Assembly: GCF_003334405.1 (NCBI RefSeq) | Contig: NZ_QOWM01000012.1 | Direction: 5' to 3' (one strand) | Source: Escherichia coli | GTDB lineage: Bacteria; Pseudomonadota; Gammaproteobacteria; Enterobacterales; Enterobacteriaceae | Length of the DNA: 64,000 nucleotides | Part shown: positions 41,043 to 52,098 of the stretch, piece by piece | Numbering within the stretch: the stretch's first letter is position 1 | Layout of the letters: every line of letters starts with the position of its first letter | The notes under the pieces: generated by a model | The model's input: only the letters and a program-made list of their open reading frames with translations | Told to the model about the DNA's origin: nothing | Databases searched by the model: none | Made by a program: the position numbers and the translations under genes

Positions 41043-43119
41043 ATCGTTCCTCGCGCTGCTGCGCGGCGGCAATCTCGGCGTGCCGCTGGTGATCCTGTGT
41101 ATTCTGGCGATGGTTATTTTGCCGCTGCCGCCTGCGCTGCTGGATATTCTGTTCACCTTCAACATTGTGCTGGCGGTGATGGTGCTGCTGGTGGCGGTGT
41201 CGGCGAAACGACCGCTGGAATTCAGCCTGTTCCCGACCATTTTGCTGATCACCACCTTAATGCGCCTGACGCTTAACGTTGCTTCTACGCGCGTGGTGCT
41301 GCTGCACGGGCATCTCGGCGCGGGCGCGGCGGGTAAGGTGATTGAGTCGTTTGGTCAGGTGGTGATCGGCGGCAACTTTGTCGTCGGCTTCGTGGTGTTT
41401 ATCATCCTGATGATCATCAACTTTATTGTCGTCACCAAAGGGGCCGAGCGTATTTCCGAGGTTTCTGCCCGCTTTACCTTAGACGCGATGCCCGGCAAAC
41501 AGATGGCGATTGACGCCGATCTTAACGCCGGATTGATCAACCAGGCGCAGGCGCAAACCCGGCGTAAAGATGTTGCCAGCGAGGCCGATTTCTACGGCGC
41601 GATGGACGGGGCATCGAAGTTTGTGCGCGGGGACGCCATCGCCGGGATGATGATTCTGGCGATCAACCTGATCGGCGGCGTCTGTATCGGGATCTTCAAA
41701 TACAACCTGAGCGCCGATGCTGCCTTCCAGCAGTATGTGCTGATGACCATCGGCGACGGCCTGGTGGCGCAGATCCCTTCCCTGCTGCTCTCCACCGCGG
41801 CGGCGATTATCGTCACCCGCGTCAGCGACAACGGCGATATCGCCCATGACGTGCGTAACCAGCTGCTGGCAAGCCCGTCGGTGCTCTACACCGCCACCGG
41901 GATTATGTTCGTGCTGGCGGTGGTACCGGGAATGCCGCACCTGCCGTTTTTGCTGTTCAGCGCCCTGCTTGGTTTTACCGGCTGGCGGATGAGCAAACAG
42001 CCGCTGGCGGCGGAGGCGGAAGAGAAAAGCCTCGAAACGCTGACCCGCACCATCACCGAAACCAGCGAGCAGCAGGTCAGTTGGGAAACCATTCCGCTGA
42101 TCGAGCCTATCAGTTTAAGCCTCGGTTACAAACTGGTGGCGCTGGTGGACAAAGCACAGGGTAACCCGCTCACCCAGCGGATTCGCGGCGTGCGGCAGGT
42201 GATTTCTGACGGCAACGGCGTGCTGCTGCCGGAGATCCGCATTCGGGAAAACTTCCGCCTTAAGCCCAGTCAGTACGCCATTTTCATCAACGGCATAAAG
42301 GCTGATGAAGCGGATATTCCGGCGGATAAACTGATGGCCCTGCCCTCCAGCGAAACCTACGGCGAGATTGACGGCGTGCAGGGGAACGACCCGGCGTACG
42401 GGATGCCGGTCACCTGGATCCAGGCGGCGCAGAAAGCGAAGGCGCTGAATATGGGGTATCAGGTGATCGACAGCGCCAGCGTGATCGCTACCCATGTAAA
42501 TAAGATTGTGCGCAGCTATATTCCTGATTTGTTTAACTATGATGATATTACGCAGTTGCATAACCGTTTATCGTCGACGGCACCGCGTCTGGCGGAAGAT
42601 TTGAGCGCGGCGCTCAATTACAGCCAGTTGCTGAAAGTGTACCGGGCGCTGCTGACCGAAGGCGTTTCCCTGCGCGATATCGTCACCATCGCCACCGTGC
42701 TGGTCGCCAGTAGCACGGTGACGAAAGATCATATTCTGCTGGCGGCCGATGTGCGCCTGGCATTGCGGCGCAGCATTACCCATCCGTTCGTTCGCAAGCA
42801 GGAGCTGACGGTGTATACGCTGAATAATGAGCTGGAAAATCTGCTGACCAACGTGGTGAATCAGGCGCAACAGGGCGGGAAAGTGATGCTCGACAGCGTG
42901 CCGGTCGATCCGAATATGCTCAACCAGTTCCAGAGTACGATGCCACAGGTGAAAGAGCAGATGAAAGCGGCGGGGAAAGACCCGGTGCTGCTGGTGCCAC
43001 CGCAGCTGCGCCCTTTGCTGGCGCGTTATGCAAGGTTGTTTGCGCCGGGGCTGCATGTGCTGTCGTATAACGAAGTGCCGGATGAGCTGGAGTTGAAGAT
43101 TATGGGGGCGTTGATGTAA
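41026..43119 (+). CDS. lfhA: export apparatus protein LfhA (FlhA-like)
   Basis: 697 aa; N-terminal 8-TM domain and cytoplasmic domain, FlhA family. Confidence 0.95.
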   Translation: MAKTTKSFLALLRGGNLGVPLVILCILAMVILPLPPALLDILFTFNIVLAVMVLLVAVSAKRPLEFSLFPTILLITTLMRLTLNVASTRVVLLHGHLGAGAAGKVIESFGQVVIGGNFVVGFVVFIILMIINFIVVTKGAERISEVSARFTLDAMPGKQMAIDADLNAGLINQAQAQTRRKDVASEADFYGAMDGASKFVRGDAIAGMMILAINLIGGVCIGIFKYNLSADAAFQQYVLMTIGDGLVAQIPSLLLSTAAAIIVTRVSDNGDIAHDVRNQLLASPSVLYTATGIMFVLAVVPGMPHLPFLLFSALLGFTGWRMSKQPLAAEAEEKSLETLTRTITETSEQQVSWETIPLIEPISLSLGYKLVALVDKAQGNPLTQRIRGVRQVISDGNGVLLPEIRIRENFRLKPSQYAIFINGIKADEADIPADKLMALPSSETYGEIDGVQGNDPAYGMPVTWIQAAQKAKALNMGYQVIDSASVIATHVNKIVRSYIPDLFNYDDITQLHNRLSSTAPRLAEDLSAALNYSQLLKVYRALLTEGVSLRDIVTIATVLVASSTVTKDHILLAADVRLALRRSITHPFVRKQELTVYTLNNELENLLTNVVNQAQQGGKVMLDSVPVDPNMLNQFQSTMPQVKEQMKAAGKDPVLLVPPQLRPLLARYARLFAPGLHVLSYNEVPDELELKIMGALM

Positions 43120-43134
43120 GTATCCAGCATTGGT

Positions 43135-43338
43135 GCACAACTGCCGGATGCGGCGTGAACGCCTTATCCGTCCTACCGTTCAGGCACAAGTTTGTAGGCA
43201 TGATAAGACGCGCCAGCGTCGCATCAGGCATCTGCGCATAACTGCCGGATGCGGCATAAACGCCTTATCCGGCCTACCGATCCGGCACAAGTTTGTAGGC
43301 ATGATAAGACGCGCTAGCGTCGCATCAGGCATCTGCGC
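43135..43338. repeat. BIME: two tandem ~100-bp REP-pair units
   Basis: Unit ctgccggatgcggcrtraacgccttatccgkcctacc...gtaggcatgataagacgcgcyagcgtcgcatcaggcatctgcgca repeated twice. Confidence 0.75.
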
Positions 43339-43342
43339 ACAA

Positions 43343-43840
43343 TTATGAAATGATACGCTCCCCGGCACTAAAATCCGTTACGTCCCCCGCCCAATCGATG
43401 GGATATAACCCTCGCGCGACATCGCGATGGAACGTTGAGAATGGCCAATCACTCACTTGCTTTACCCAACCATGCTTTACTGGATTTATATAAATATAAT
43501 CAACATGATGCCTATAATCTTTGGTATTGCGGATGGCGTGCTCCCAAAAACGTGGTTGCCAGATATTTTTCAATCCACAAGCATGGGTAAATTGCTTTTT
43601 AATTTCCCGCCAGCGCGAGGAAAAATCATCATCGCCTTCAGGTAATGTCCAGATACAGTGCATATGCTCTGGCAAAACGACCCAGGCGTTGATTTCAAAA
43701 GGCCTGTCTCGCTTAACTTTAATAATGGCGTGACGGAGCATCTGGTACTGGGTGGTCAAAAGTTGGCTTCGACGATTTCGTAAATTCACCGTGAAAAACC
43801 ATGTTCCCCCCTTGATGTAATAACGACGATATTCAGACAT
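43343..43840 (-). CDS. rayT: REP-associated tyrosine transposase RayT (TnpA-REP)
   Basis: 165 aa starting MSEYRRYYIKGGTWFFTV; HUH-family motif (LPEHMHCIW); flanked on both sides by BIMEs. Confidence 0.85.
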   Translation of the reverse strand: MSEYRRYYIKGGTWFFTVNLRNRRSQLLTTQYQMLRHAIIKVKRDRPFEINAWVVLPEHMHCIWTLPEGDDDFSSRWREIKKQFTHACGLKNIWQPRFWEHAIRNTKDYRHHVDYIYINPVKHGWVKQVSDWPFSTFHRDVARGLYPIDWAGDVTDFSAGERIIS

Positions 43841-43919
43841 GGCGACTCCTTTTTCTCAACGGTAAGAAGAAAAGGAAAGGTTGGCAATGAGGTTGTTTTA
43901 TATCGGGAAAGCGGCTCGC

Positions 43920-44025
43920 AAATATTCGCGGGCTCGTAGGCATGATAAGACGCGCCAGCGTCGCATCAGGCACCTGCGTACAACTGCCGGATGCGGCGTA
44001 AACGCCTTATCCGTCCTACAAAATC
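43920..44025. repeat. REP pair (BIME)
   Basis: gtaggcatgataagacgcgccagcgtcgcatcaggcacc ... ctgccggatgcggcgtaaacgccttatccgtcctac. Confidence 0.7.
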
Positions 44026-44765
44026 GTCTCTTCCGTCAAAATCCTGCGCGCGCCCAAAAAATGGTCCTGCCAGAAAGGTTCGGCTAATCGGCTTATCCGA
44101 ATGGTTTCGCCGGTACGTGGCGACTCGATAAATTGCCCATCGCCCAAATACACGCCCATATGATCGGCTATCTCGCGGCTGTGGATATGGAAAAACAGCA
44201 AATCTCCCCGGCGCAGGTCGTTGTTCGCCACAATCGTTGCCCGGCGATAGTGGTACATCTCATTGGCCGTGCGCGGGAGCTTAGCCTCAAGGATCTTGTT
44301 GTAGGCATAAAAAACCAACCCGCTACAGTCAAAGCCTTTATCAGGCCGCGTACCGCCCCAGACGTAAGGCTTGCCAAGCTGCTGCTCCAGGCGGTGAATC
44401 GCCACTTCGGTAATGTTATGCAGATGGTCGCTGCTTAAAAAGTGGTTGTTTTCCGCCAGCGCCTGCCAGCGTCTGTCACTCGCCTTGAGCGGAGCAGGAA
44501 ACCATTCTGGATGCTGTTTTATCTGCTCCCGGTTGTGCTGGCGTAGCGCCCTTTTGCTTTCGGCATTGCCTTCCACAATATAGCTGGCCTGCTTTTTCAG
44601 ATGAGTTTGGTACTGTTTTAATAAACGCGCACGGTTTTGCATCCGCTGGCGGGCGGCGTAGCTGAAAGAGATATGTGATGTGGTGGCGCTGGCAAATGAA
44701 GAAAACGGCAAACAAATCAACAGTAATCCCGACAATACAAAGGATGGAATCGACGGCAAGGACAT
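44016..44765 (-). CDS. yafL: NlpC/P60-family peptidoglycan endopeptidase lipoprotein YafL
   Basis: Start set at MSLPSIPSFVLSGLLLICLPFSSFA; C-terminal NlpC/P60 domain with Cys (...GFDCSGLVFYAY) and His. Confidence 0.8.
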   Translation of the reverse strand: MSLPSIPSFVLSGLLLICLPFSSFASATTSHISFSYAARQRMQNRARLLKQYQTHLKKQASYIVEGNAESKRALRQHNREQIKQHPEWFPAPLKASDRRWQALAENNHFLSSDHLHNITEVAIHRLEQQLGKPYVWGGTRPDKGFDCSGLVFYAYNKILEAKLPRTANEMYHYRRATIVANNDLRRGDLLFFHIHSREIADHMGVYLGDGQFIESPRTGETIRISRLAEPFWQDHFLGARRILTEETIL

Positions 44766-44942
44766 ACTCAATAATGGCTGGTCATGCTTTAATGTTGCAG
44801 TGTATCCCGGATCGTTTCTGAACAAACTTAATAAACCATTATTATAAAATTAACATATATATTTCAGTTAATTATGTAAAAACATCCGTTTATTAAATTA
44901 CTCATGGATTGTCGCTGTTGCTCATTTGAGCTACAATTCAAG

Positions 44943-44958
44943 CTGAATAAATATACAG
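44943..44958 (+). promoter_or_regulatory. LexA-box-like operator upstream of dinJ
   Basis: CTGAATAAATATACAG (CTG-N10-CAG) 17 nt upstream of dinJ ATG. Confidence 0.55.
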
Positions 44959-44974
44959 CACAGGAGATACCCCA

Positions 44975-45235
44975 ATGGCTGCTAACGCGTTTGTTCGCGC
45001 CCGAATCGATGAAGATCTGAAGAATCAGGCAGCGGACGTACTGGCCGGGATGGGGCTGACCATCTCTGACCTGGTTCGCATAACCCTCACAAAGGTCGCG
45101 CGTGAAAAGGCATTGCCGTTTGATTTACGCGAGCCTAATCAATTAACCATTCAATCAATCAAAAACAGCGAAGCTGGCATTGATGTTCATAAGGCCAAAG
45201 ACGCCGATGATTTATTTGATAAATTAGGAATTTAA
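44975..45235 (+). CDS. dinJ: antitoxin DinJ
   Basis: 86-aa RHH-type protein immediately upstream of yafQ. Confidence 0.85.
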   Translation: MAANAFVRARIDEDLKNQAADVLAGMGLTISDLVRITLTKVAREKALPFDLREPNQLTIQSIKNSEAGIDVHKAKDADDLFDKLGI

Positions 45236-45237
45236 AT

Positions 45238-45516
45238 ATGATTCAAAGGGATATTGAATACTCGGGACAATATTCAAAGGATGTAAAACTTGCACAAAAG
45301 CGTCATAAGGATATGAATAAATTGAAATATCTTATGACGCTTCTTATCAATAATACTTTACCGCTTCCAGCTGTTTATAAAGACCACCCGCTGCAAGGTT
45401 CATGGAAAGGTTATCGCGATGCTCATGTCGAACCGGACTGGATCCTGATTTACAAACTTACCGATAAACTTTTACGATTTGAGAGAACTGGAACTCACGC
45501 GGCGCTCTTTGGGTAA
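45238..45516 (+). CDS. yafQ: RelE-family mRNA interferase toxin YafQ
   Basis: 92 aa, start 3 nt after dinJ stop. Confidence 0.85.
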   Translation: MIQRDIEYSGQYSKDVKLAQKRHKDMNKLKYLMTLLINNTLPLPAVYKDHPLQGSWKGYRDAHVEPDWILIYKLTDKLLRFERTGTHAALFG

Positions 45517-45671
45517 AGCCCGCTTCCGATGAAATTTGTAAACCCTGCGCCGACAGGCTTGCGTAAAACTCTTTTGGTGATAATGTGAGCCTTCCAAATC
45601 CAGACTATTCCGATTTGGGATCCATTTTGCCGTCCTGGCGTGTGTAACCGTTTTATCAAGGAATAAGCAGT

Positions 45672-46412
45672 ATGCGTAAAATCGCATTAATTCTTGCGAT
45701 GTTGTTGATCCCGTGCGTTTCATTTGCCGGTTTGCTGGGCAGCAGTAGCTCTACCACGCCTGTGAGCAAAGAGTATAAGCAGCAGTTGATGGGATCCCCT
45801 GTCTACATCCAGATCTTCAAGGAAGAACGTACGCTCGATCTCTACGTCAAAATGGGCGAGCAATATCAACTGCTCGACAGCTATAAAATCTGTAAATATT
45901 CCGGCGGCTTAGGGCCAAAACAGCGTCAGGGCGATTTCAAAAGCCCGGAAGGGTTTTATAGCGTCCAGCGTAATCAGTTAAAACCAGACAGCCGTTACTA
46001 CAAAGCGATTAATATTGGTTTCCCCAATGCCTATGACCGTGCGCATGGTTATGAAGGGAAATACCTGATGATCCACGGCGATTGTGTTTCCATCGGCTGC
46101 TACGCAATGACCAATCAGGGTATTGATGAGATATTCCAGTTCGTTACTGGTGCGCTGGTGTTTGGTCAGCCGAGCGTGCAAGTGAGTATTTACCCGTTCC
46201 GCATGACCGACGCCAATATGAAGCGCCATAAATATTCCAACTTTAAGGACTTCTGGGAGCAACTGAAGCCGGGTTACGACTACTTTGAGCAAACCCGTAA
46301 GCCACCAACCGTTTCTGTGGTCAATGGTCGTTACGTGGTCAGCAAGCCGTTAAGCCACGAAGTTGTGCAGCCACAACTGGCATCAAACTACACGCTCCCC
46401 GAGGCAAAATAA
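45672..46412 (+). CDS. yafK: L,D-transpeptidase-fold periplasmic protein YafK
   Basis: 246 aa with signal peptide; YkuD-type motif [17 protein letters not shown]. Confidence 0.85.
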   Translation: MRKIALILAMLLIPCVSFAGLLGSSSSTTPVSKEYKQQLMGSPVYIQIFKEERTLDLYVKMGEQYQLLDSYKICKYSGGLGPKQRQGDFKSPEGFYSVQRNQLKPDSRYYKAINIGFPNAYDRAHGYEGKYLMIHGDCVSIGCYAMTNQGIDEIFQFVTGALVFGQPSVQVSIYPFRMTDANMKRHKYSNFKDFWEQLKPGYDYFEQTRKPPTVSVVNGRYVVSKPLSHEVVQPQLASNYTLPEAK

Positions 46413-47150
46413 GCGCCATTCGCCTGGCATAATCTTTTGCCAGGTTTCATTGCCCGTCAGCGGCTGTGTTGCAATCACCGTGACCACATCATTCGGTGTG
46501 GTCTGCGAGCTGAAGTCGATTTCCACATCCTGATCCAGCAACGTTGCCACGCCAAACGGCGCGCGGCGGGTGATCCAGTGTAAATTAGTCGAGCAATACG
46601 CCATTACATAGCGCCCGTCCGAAAGCAGCATGTTGAAAACGCCCTTCTGCCGCAGTTCATCCGCCAGTGAGGCGATATATTTAAATACCGCCGCCATGTT
46701 GCCCGGTGTGCGCGGGTAACGCTGCGTTAATTTATGCAGGAGCCAGCAGAAGGCTTTTTCGCTGTCGGTTTCGCCTACCGGGCGGAAGTTGCCGGTTTCC
46801 AGTGATTTGTAGCCCGTCAGTTGTCCGTTATGGGCATAAGTCCAGTTACGCCCCCATAACTCGCGGGTAAATGGGTGAGTATTTTCCAGCGCCACCTCGC
46901 CCCGATTAGCCTGGCGAATATGAGCCACCACCGAACAGGATTTTATCGGGTAGTCCTGGACAAGTTTGGCGATGGGGGAATTAAAGCTGGGTTGTGGATC
47001 TTTAAATGTGCGACAGCCTTTACCTTCGTAAAAGGTAATGCCCCAGCCATCTTTATGTGGCCCGGTTCCACCACCACGCTGTACAAGCCCGGTGAAACTA
47101 AAGCAGATATCGGTAGGGACGTTGGCGCTCATCCCGAGCAATTCGCACAT
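46383..47150 (-). CDS. yafJ: class II (Ntn) glutamine amidotransferase-like protein YafJ
   Basis: Start [10 protein letters not shown] with Cys2 nucleophile typical of Ntn amidotransferases; RBS GGAGG. Confidence 0.85.
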   Translation of the reverse strand: MCELLGMSANVPTDICFSFTGLVQRGGGTGPHKDGWGITFYEGKGCRTFKDPQPSFNSPIAKLVQDYPIKSCSVVAHIRQANRGEVALENTHPFTRELWGRNWTYAHNGQLTGYKSLETGNFRPVGETDSEKAFCWLLHKLTQRYPRTPGNMAAVFKYIASLADELRQKGVFNMLLSDGRYVMAYCSTNLHWITRRAPFGVATLLDQDVEIDFSSQTTPNDVVTVIATQPLTGNETWQKIMPGEWRLFCLGERVV

Positions 47151-47214
47151 GGGTAACCTCCACAACAGCGGGAGCGCATGGCCCCCGGCGAAGATTGATT
47201 TAAGAATTTTCAGG

Positions 47215-47345
47215 TCGGATGCGGCGTGAACGCATTATTCGGCCTACGGTTCGCGTACAGATTTGTAGGCATGATAAGACGCGTCAGCGTCGCATCAGGC
47301 ATCAGCGCACAAATGCCGGATGCGGCGTAAACGTCTTATCCGGCC
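47215..47345. repeat. BIME (REP cluster)
   Basis: tcggatgcggcgtgaacgcattattcggcctac ... gtaggcatgataagacgcgtcagcgtcgcatcaggcatc ... gccggatgcggcgtaaacgtcttatccggcctac. Confidence 0.7.
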
Positions 47346-47355
47346 TACGCCAGAC

Positions 47356-47934
47356 TTACTTAACCATCTCTTTTTCAATCAACTGGATCAGGATATGGAT
47401 CACTTTAATGTGAATCTCCTGAATGCGGTCGGCATAACCAAAGTGCGGTACGCGAATTTCGATATCCGCCGTGCCAGCCATTTTGCCGCCGTCTTTACCG
47501 GTCAGGGTGATCACTTTCATTCCCTTCTCACGCGCCGCTGCGATCGCTTTGATCACGTTTGCAGAGTTACCGGAGGTGGAGATCCCCAGCAGTACATCGC
47601 CTTCGCGACCTACCGCTTCAACGTAGCGGGAGAAAATATCATTGAAACCGAAATCATTACCGACGCAGGAAATATGACTAACGTCAGAAATAGCAATCGC
47701 CGGGTAGCCCGGACGGTTTTCACGGTAGCGACCGGTCAACTCTTCGGCAAAGTGCATAGCGTCGCAATGGGAACCGCCGTTGCCGCAGGAAAGCACTTTG
47801 CCACCGGCTTTAAAGCTGTCTGCTAACAGGACCGCCGCGCGCTGAATGGCGTGAATATTGGCGTCATCTTTTAAAAAGTTAGCCAGCGTTTCCGCCGCTT
47901 CGTTCAGTTCGTTACGAATAAGATCCTGGTACAT
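47356..47934 (-). CDS. gmhA: phosphoheptose isomerase
   Basis: 192 aa from [17 protein letters not shown]; SIS domain. Confidence 0.95.
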
Positions 47935-48173
47935 GAGGATATCCTTCAGCATAAATGTAATAGACAAAATGCAGTGTACCGGATACCGCCAAAAGCGAGA
48001 AGTACGGGCAGGTGCTATGACCAGGACTTTTTGACCTGAAGTGCGGATAAAAACAGCAACAATGTGAGCTTTGTTGTAATTATATTGTAAACATATTGCT
48101 AAATGTTTTTACATCCACTACAACCATATCATCACAAGTGGTCAGACCTCCTACAAGTAAGGGGCTTTTCGTT

Positions 48174-50618
48174 ATGATGATTTTGAGTATTCTCGCTACG
48201 GTTGTCCTGCTCGGCGCGTTGTTCTATCACCGCGTGAGCTTATTTATCAGCAGTCTGATTTTGCTCGCCTGGACAGCCGCCCTCGGCGTTGCTGGTCTGT
48301 GGTCGGCGTGGGTACTGGTGCCTCTGGCCATTATCCTCGTGCCATTTAACTTTGCGCCTATGCGTAAGTCGATGATTTCCGCGCCGGTATTTCGCGGTTT
48401 CCGTAAGGTGATGCCGCCGATGTCGCGCACTGAGAAAGAAGCGATTGATGCGGGCACCACCTGGTGGGAGGGCGACTTGTTCCAGGGCAAGCCGGACTGG
48501 AAAAAGCTGCATAACTATCCGCAGCCGCGTCTGACCGCCGAAGAGCAAGCGTTTCTCGACGGCCCGGTAGAAGAAGCCTGCCGGATGGCGAATGATTTCC
48601 AGATCACCCATGAGCTGGCGGATCTGCCGCCGGAGTTGTGGGCGTACCTTAAAGAGCATCGTTTCTTCGCGATGATCATCAAAAAAGAGTACGGCGGGCT
48701 GGAGTTCTCGGCTTATGCCCAGTCTCGCGTGCTGCAAAAACTCTCCGGCGTGAGCGGGATCCTGGCGATTACCGTCGGCGTGCCAAACTCATTAGGCCCG
48801 GGCGAACTGTTGCAACATTACGGCACTGACGAGCAGAAAGATCACTATCTGCCGCGTCTGGCGCGTGGTCAGGAGATCCCCTGCTTTGCACTGACCAGCC
48901 CGGAAGCGGGTTCCGATGCGGGCGCGATTCCGGACACCGGGATTGTCTGCATGGGCGAATGGCAGGGCCAGCAGGTGCTGGGGATGCGTCTGACCTGGAA
49001 CAAACGCTACATTACGCTGGCACCGATTGCGACCGTGCTTGGGCTGGCGTTTAAACTCTCCGACCCGGAAAAATTACTCGGCGGTGCAGAAGATTTAGGC
49101 ATTACCTGTGCGCTGATCCCAACCACCACGCCGGGCGTGGAAATTGGTCGTCGCCACTTCCCGCTGAACGTACCGTTCCAGAACGGACCGACGCGCGGTA
49201 AAGATGTCTTCGTGCCGATCGATTACATCATCGGCGGGCCGAAAATGGCCGGGCAAGGCTGGCGGATGCTGGTGGAGTGCCTCTCGGTAGGCCGCGGCAT
49301 CACCCTGCCTTCCAACTCAACCGGCGGCGTGAAATCGGTAGCGCTGGCAACCGGCGCGTATGCTCACATTCGCCGTCAGTTCAAAATCTCTATTGGTAAG
49401 ATGGAAGGGATTGAAGAGCCGCTGGCGCGTATTGCCGGTAATGCCTACGTGATGGATGCTGCGGCATCGCTGATTACCTACGGCATTATGCTCGGCGAAA
49501 AACCTGCCGTGCTGTCGGCTATCGTTAAGTATCACTGTACCCACCGCGGGCAGCAGTCGATTATTGATGCGATGGATATTACCGGCGGTAAAGGCATTAT
49601 GCTCGGGCAAAGCAACTTCCTGGCGCGTGCTTACCAGGGCGCACCGATTGCCATCACCGTTGAAGGGGCTAACATTCTGACCCGCAGCATGATGATCTTC
49701 GGACAAGGAGCGATTCGTTGCCATCCGTACGTGCTGGAAGAGATGGAAGCGGCGAAGAACAATGACGTCAACGCGTTCGATAAACTGTTGTTCAAACATA
49801 TCGGTCACGTCGGTAGCAACAAAGTTCGCAGCTTCTGGCTGGGCCTGACGCGCGGTTTAACCAGCAGCACGCCAACCGGCGATGCCACTAAACGCTACTA
49901 TCAGCACCTGAACCGCCTGAGCGCCAACCTCGCCCTGCTTTCTGATGTCTCGATGGCAGTGCTGGGCGGCAGCCTGAAACGTCGCGAGCGCATCTCGGCC
50001 CGTCTGGGGGATATTTTAAGCCAGCTCTACCTCGCCTCTGCCGTGCTGAAGCGTTATGACGACGAAGGCCGTAATGAAGCCGACCTGCCGCTGGTGCACT
50101 GGGGCGTACAAGATGCGCTGTATCAGGCTGAACAGGCGATGGATGATTTACTGCAAAACTTCCCGAACCGCGTGGTTGCCGGGCTGCTGAATGTGGTGAT
50201 CTTCCCGACCGGACGTCATTATCTGGCACCTTCTGACAAGCTGGATCATAAAGTGGCGAAGATTTTACAAGTGCCGAACGCCACCCGTTCCCGCATTGGT
50301 CGCGGTCAGTACCTGACGCCGAGCGAGCATAATCCGGTTGGCTTGCTGGAAGAGGCGCTGGTGGATGTGATTGCCGCCGACCCAATTCATCAGCGGATCT
50401 GTAAAGAGCTGGGTAAAAACCTGCCGTTTACCCGTCTGGATGAACTGGCGCACAACGCGCTGGTGAAGGGGCTGATTGATAAAGATGAAGCCGCTATTCT
50501 GGTGAAAGCTGAAGAAAGCCGTCTGCGCAGTATTAACGTTGATGACTTTGATCCGGAAGAGCTGGCGACGAAGCCGGTAAAGTTGCCGGAGAAAGTGCGG
50601 AAAGTTGAAGCCGCGTAA
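48174..50618 (+). CDS. fadE: acyl-CoA dehydrogenase FadE
   Basis: 814 aa from [14 protein letters not shown]; N-terminal TM helices plus acyl-CoA dehydrogenase domains. Confidence 0.95.
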
Positions 50619-50626
50619 ATGAATAA

Positions 50627-50652
50627 CGGAGCCGAAAGGCTCCGTTTCTTTA
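50627..50652. terminator. bidirectional intrinsic terminator between fadE and ivy
   Basis: cggagccgaaaggctccg hairpin followed by TTTCTTT. Confidence 0.6.
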
Positions 50653-50660
50653 TCCGCTAA

Positions 50661-51134
50661 TTATTTAAAATTAAAGCCATCCGGATGGTTTTCCAGGCTG
50701 CCGGTCAACGCCGCGAACAACACCGTTTTACCATCAATCGAAAGCGCATCGTTCACATTCAGCCAGGTGAGTTTCTCTTGCGACGTTTTCTCATCAATAG
50801 TCGAGAACAGCCCCGTCATCTGATTAGATTTCTCGGACCACATCACAGCGATACGTTGCGAGCCACAGTCATGCGGTTTGCACGCGCTCATCACCTGATA
50901 CGTCTCATCTCCCAACGTTACGGTTTGTGCGGGAGTATAAGTACCGCCTTTCATCACCCAGGCAGGCAGCTTATGCCCTTGTACCATCTGATTAAATGCA
51001 GCTTTGGTGGTTTCGCCCTTTGCAAGGCTGCTAATGGTTAAATCATCCTGCGCCATTGCACTGGTGGCGATGACCAGAGCGGCGACTGTCGTTATTGCCT
51101 TAAACATCATTCCTCCCGAGCTTATCCTGCCCAT
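50661..51134 (-). CDS. ivy: inhibitor of vertebrate lysozyme
   Basis: 157 aa with signal peptide and CKPHDCG loop motif. Confidence 0.9.
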   Translation of the reverse strand: MGRISSGGMMFKAITTVAALVIATSAMAQDDLTISSLAKGETTKAAFNQMVQGHKLPAWVMKGGTYTPAQTVTLGDETYQVMSACKPHDCGSQRIAVMWSEKSNQMTGLFSTIDEKTSQEKLTWLNVNDALSIDGKTVLFAALTGSLENHPDGFNFK

Positions 51135-51287
51135 GTTATTAACCTCCTAAAGCCTGGCGATAACACGATAATTTGCAAATCAGATATTTCCAATATCAGC
51201 ATTTGTTATCAATTTATTCTGCGCTAAGGCAACTGCCTGATAAGGTGTTAAAGTTATAAAACCCTTCGCATAAAGGAGTTGTACACC

Positions 51288-52058
51288 GTGCCTGGTTTGA
51301 AGATTACGCTTTTGCAGCAACCACTGGTGTGGATGGATGGTCCTGCCAACCTGCGTCATTTTGATCGTCAACTGGAAGGTATTACCGGGCGCGATGTGAT
51401 CGTTCTACCGGAGATGTTTACCAGCGGCTTTGCCATGGAAGCGGCAGCTTCGTCGCTAGCACAAGATGACGTAGTGAACTGGATGACAGCTAAGGCGCAG
51501 CAGTGCAATGCGCTGATTGCAGGCAGTGTTGCATTACAAACGGAGTCTGGTTCGGTTAACCGCTTTTTGCTGGTTGAGCCGGGCGGCACGGTACATTTTT
51601 ATGATAAGCGTCATCTGTTCCGCATGGCAGATGAGCATCTACATTATAAAGCGGGCAATGCGCGAGTGATTGTGGAATGGCGCGGCTGGCGTATTTTGCC
51701 GCTGGTGTGCTACGACTTACGTTTTCCTGTGTGGTCGCGCAATCTCAACGATTATGACCTCGCCCTGTACGTCGCCAACTGGCCTGCTCCGCGCTCTCTG
51801 CACTGGCAGGCATTGCTGACGGCCCGCGCGATTGAGAATCAGGCGTATGTGGCGGGATGCAATCGCGTCGGCAGCGATGGCAACGGCTGCCATTATCGCG
51901 GTGACAGCCGGGTGATTAATCCGCAAGGAGAGATTATCGCTACTGCCGACGCGCATCAGGCAACGCGCATTGATGCGGAGCTGTCGATGGCAGCATTGCG
52001 GGAATATAGAGAAAAGTTTCCGGCATGGCAGGATGCGGATGAGTTTAGGTTGTGGTGA
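51288..52058 (+). CDS. yafV: nitrilase-superfamily omega-amidase YafV
   Basis: 256 aa from GTG (MPGLKITLLQQPLVW), RBS AAGGAG; carbon-nitrogen hydrolase fold (E...K...C triad context, CYDLRFP). Confidence 0.85.
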   Translation: MPGLKITLLQQPLVWMDGPANLRHFDRQLEGITGRDVIVLPEMFTSGFAMEAAASSLAQDDVVNWMTAKAQQCNALIAGSVALQTESGSVNRFLLVEPGGTVHFYDKRHLFRMADEHLHYKAGNARVIVEWRGWRILPLVCYDLRFPVWSRNLNDYDLALYVANWPAPRSLHWQALLTARAIENQAYVAGCNRVGSDGNGCHYRGDSRVINPQGEIIATADAHQATRIDAELSMAALREYREKFPAWQDADEFRLW

Positions 52059-52098
52059 GTGGGGGTTGTGTTTAAGGACGGGGAGAGTCGGGGTATTA

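Noticed and set aside
40512-41255. 247-aa minus-strand ORF inside lfhB/lfhA
   Set aside because: Antisense shadow ORF; the sense strand encodes FlhB with the NPTH motif
47320-47826. 168-aa plus-strand ORF overlapping gmhA
   Set aside because: Starts inside a BIME and runs antisense to the highly conserved gmhA
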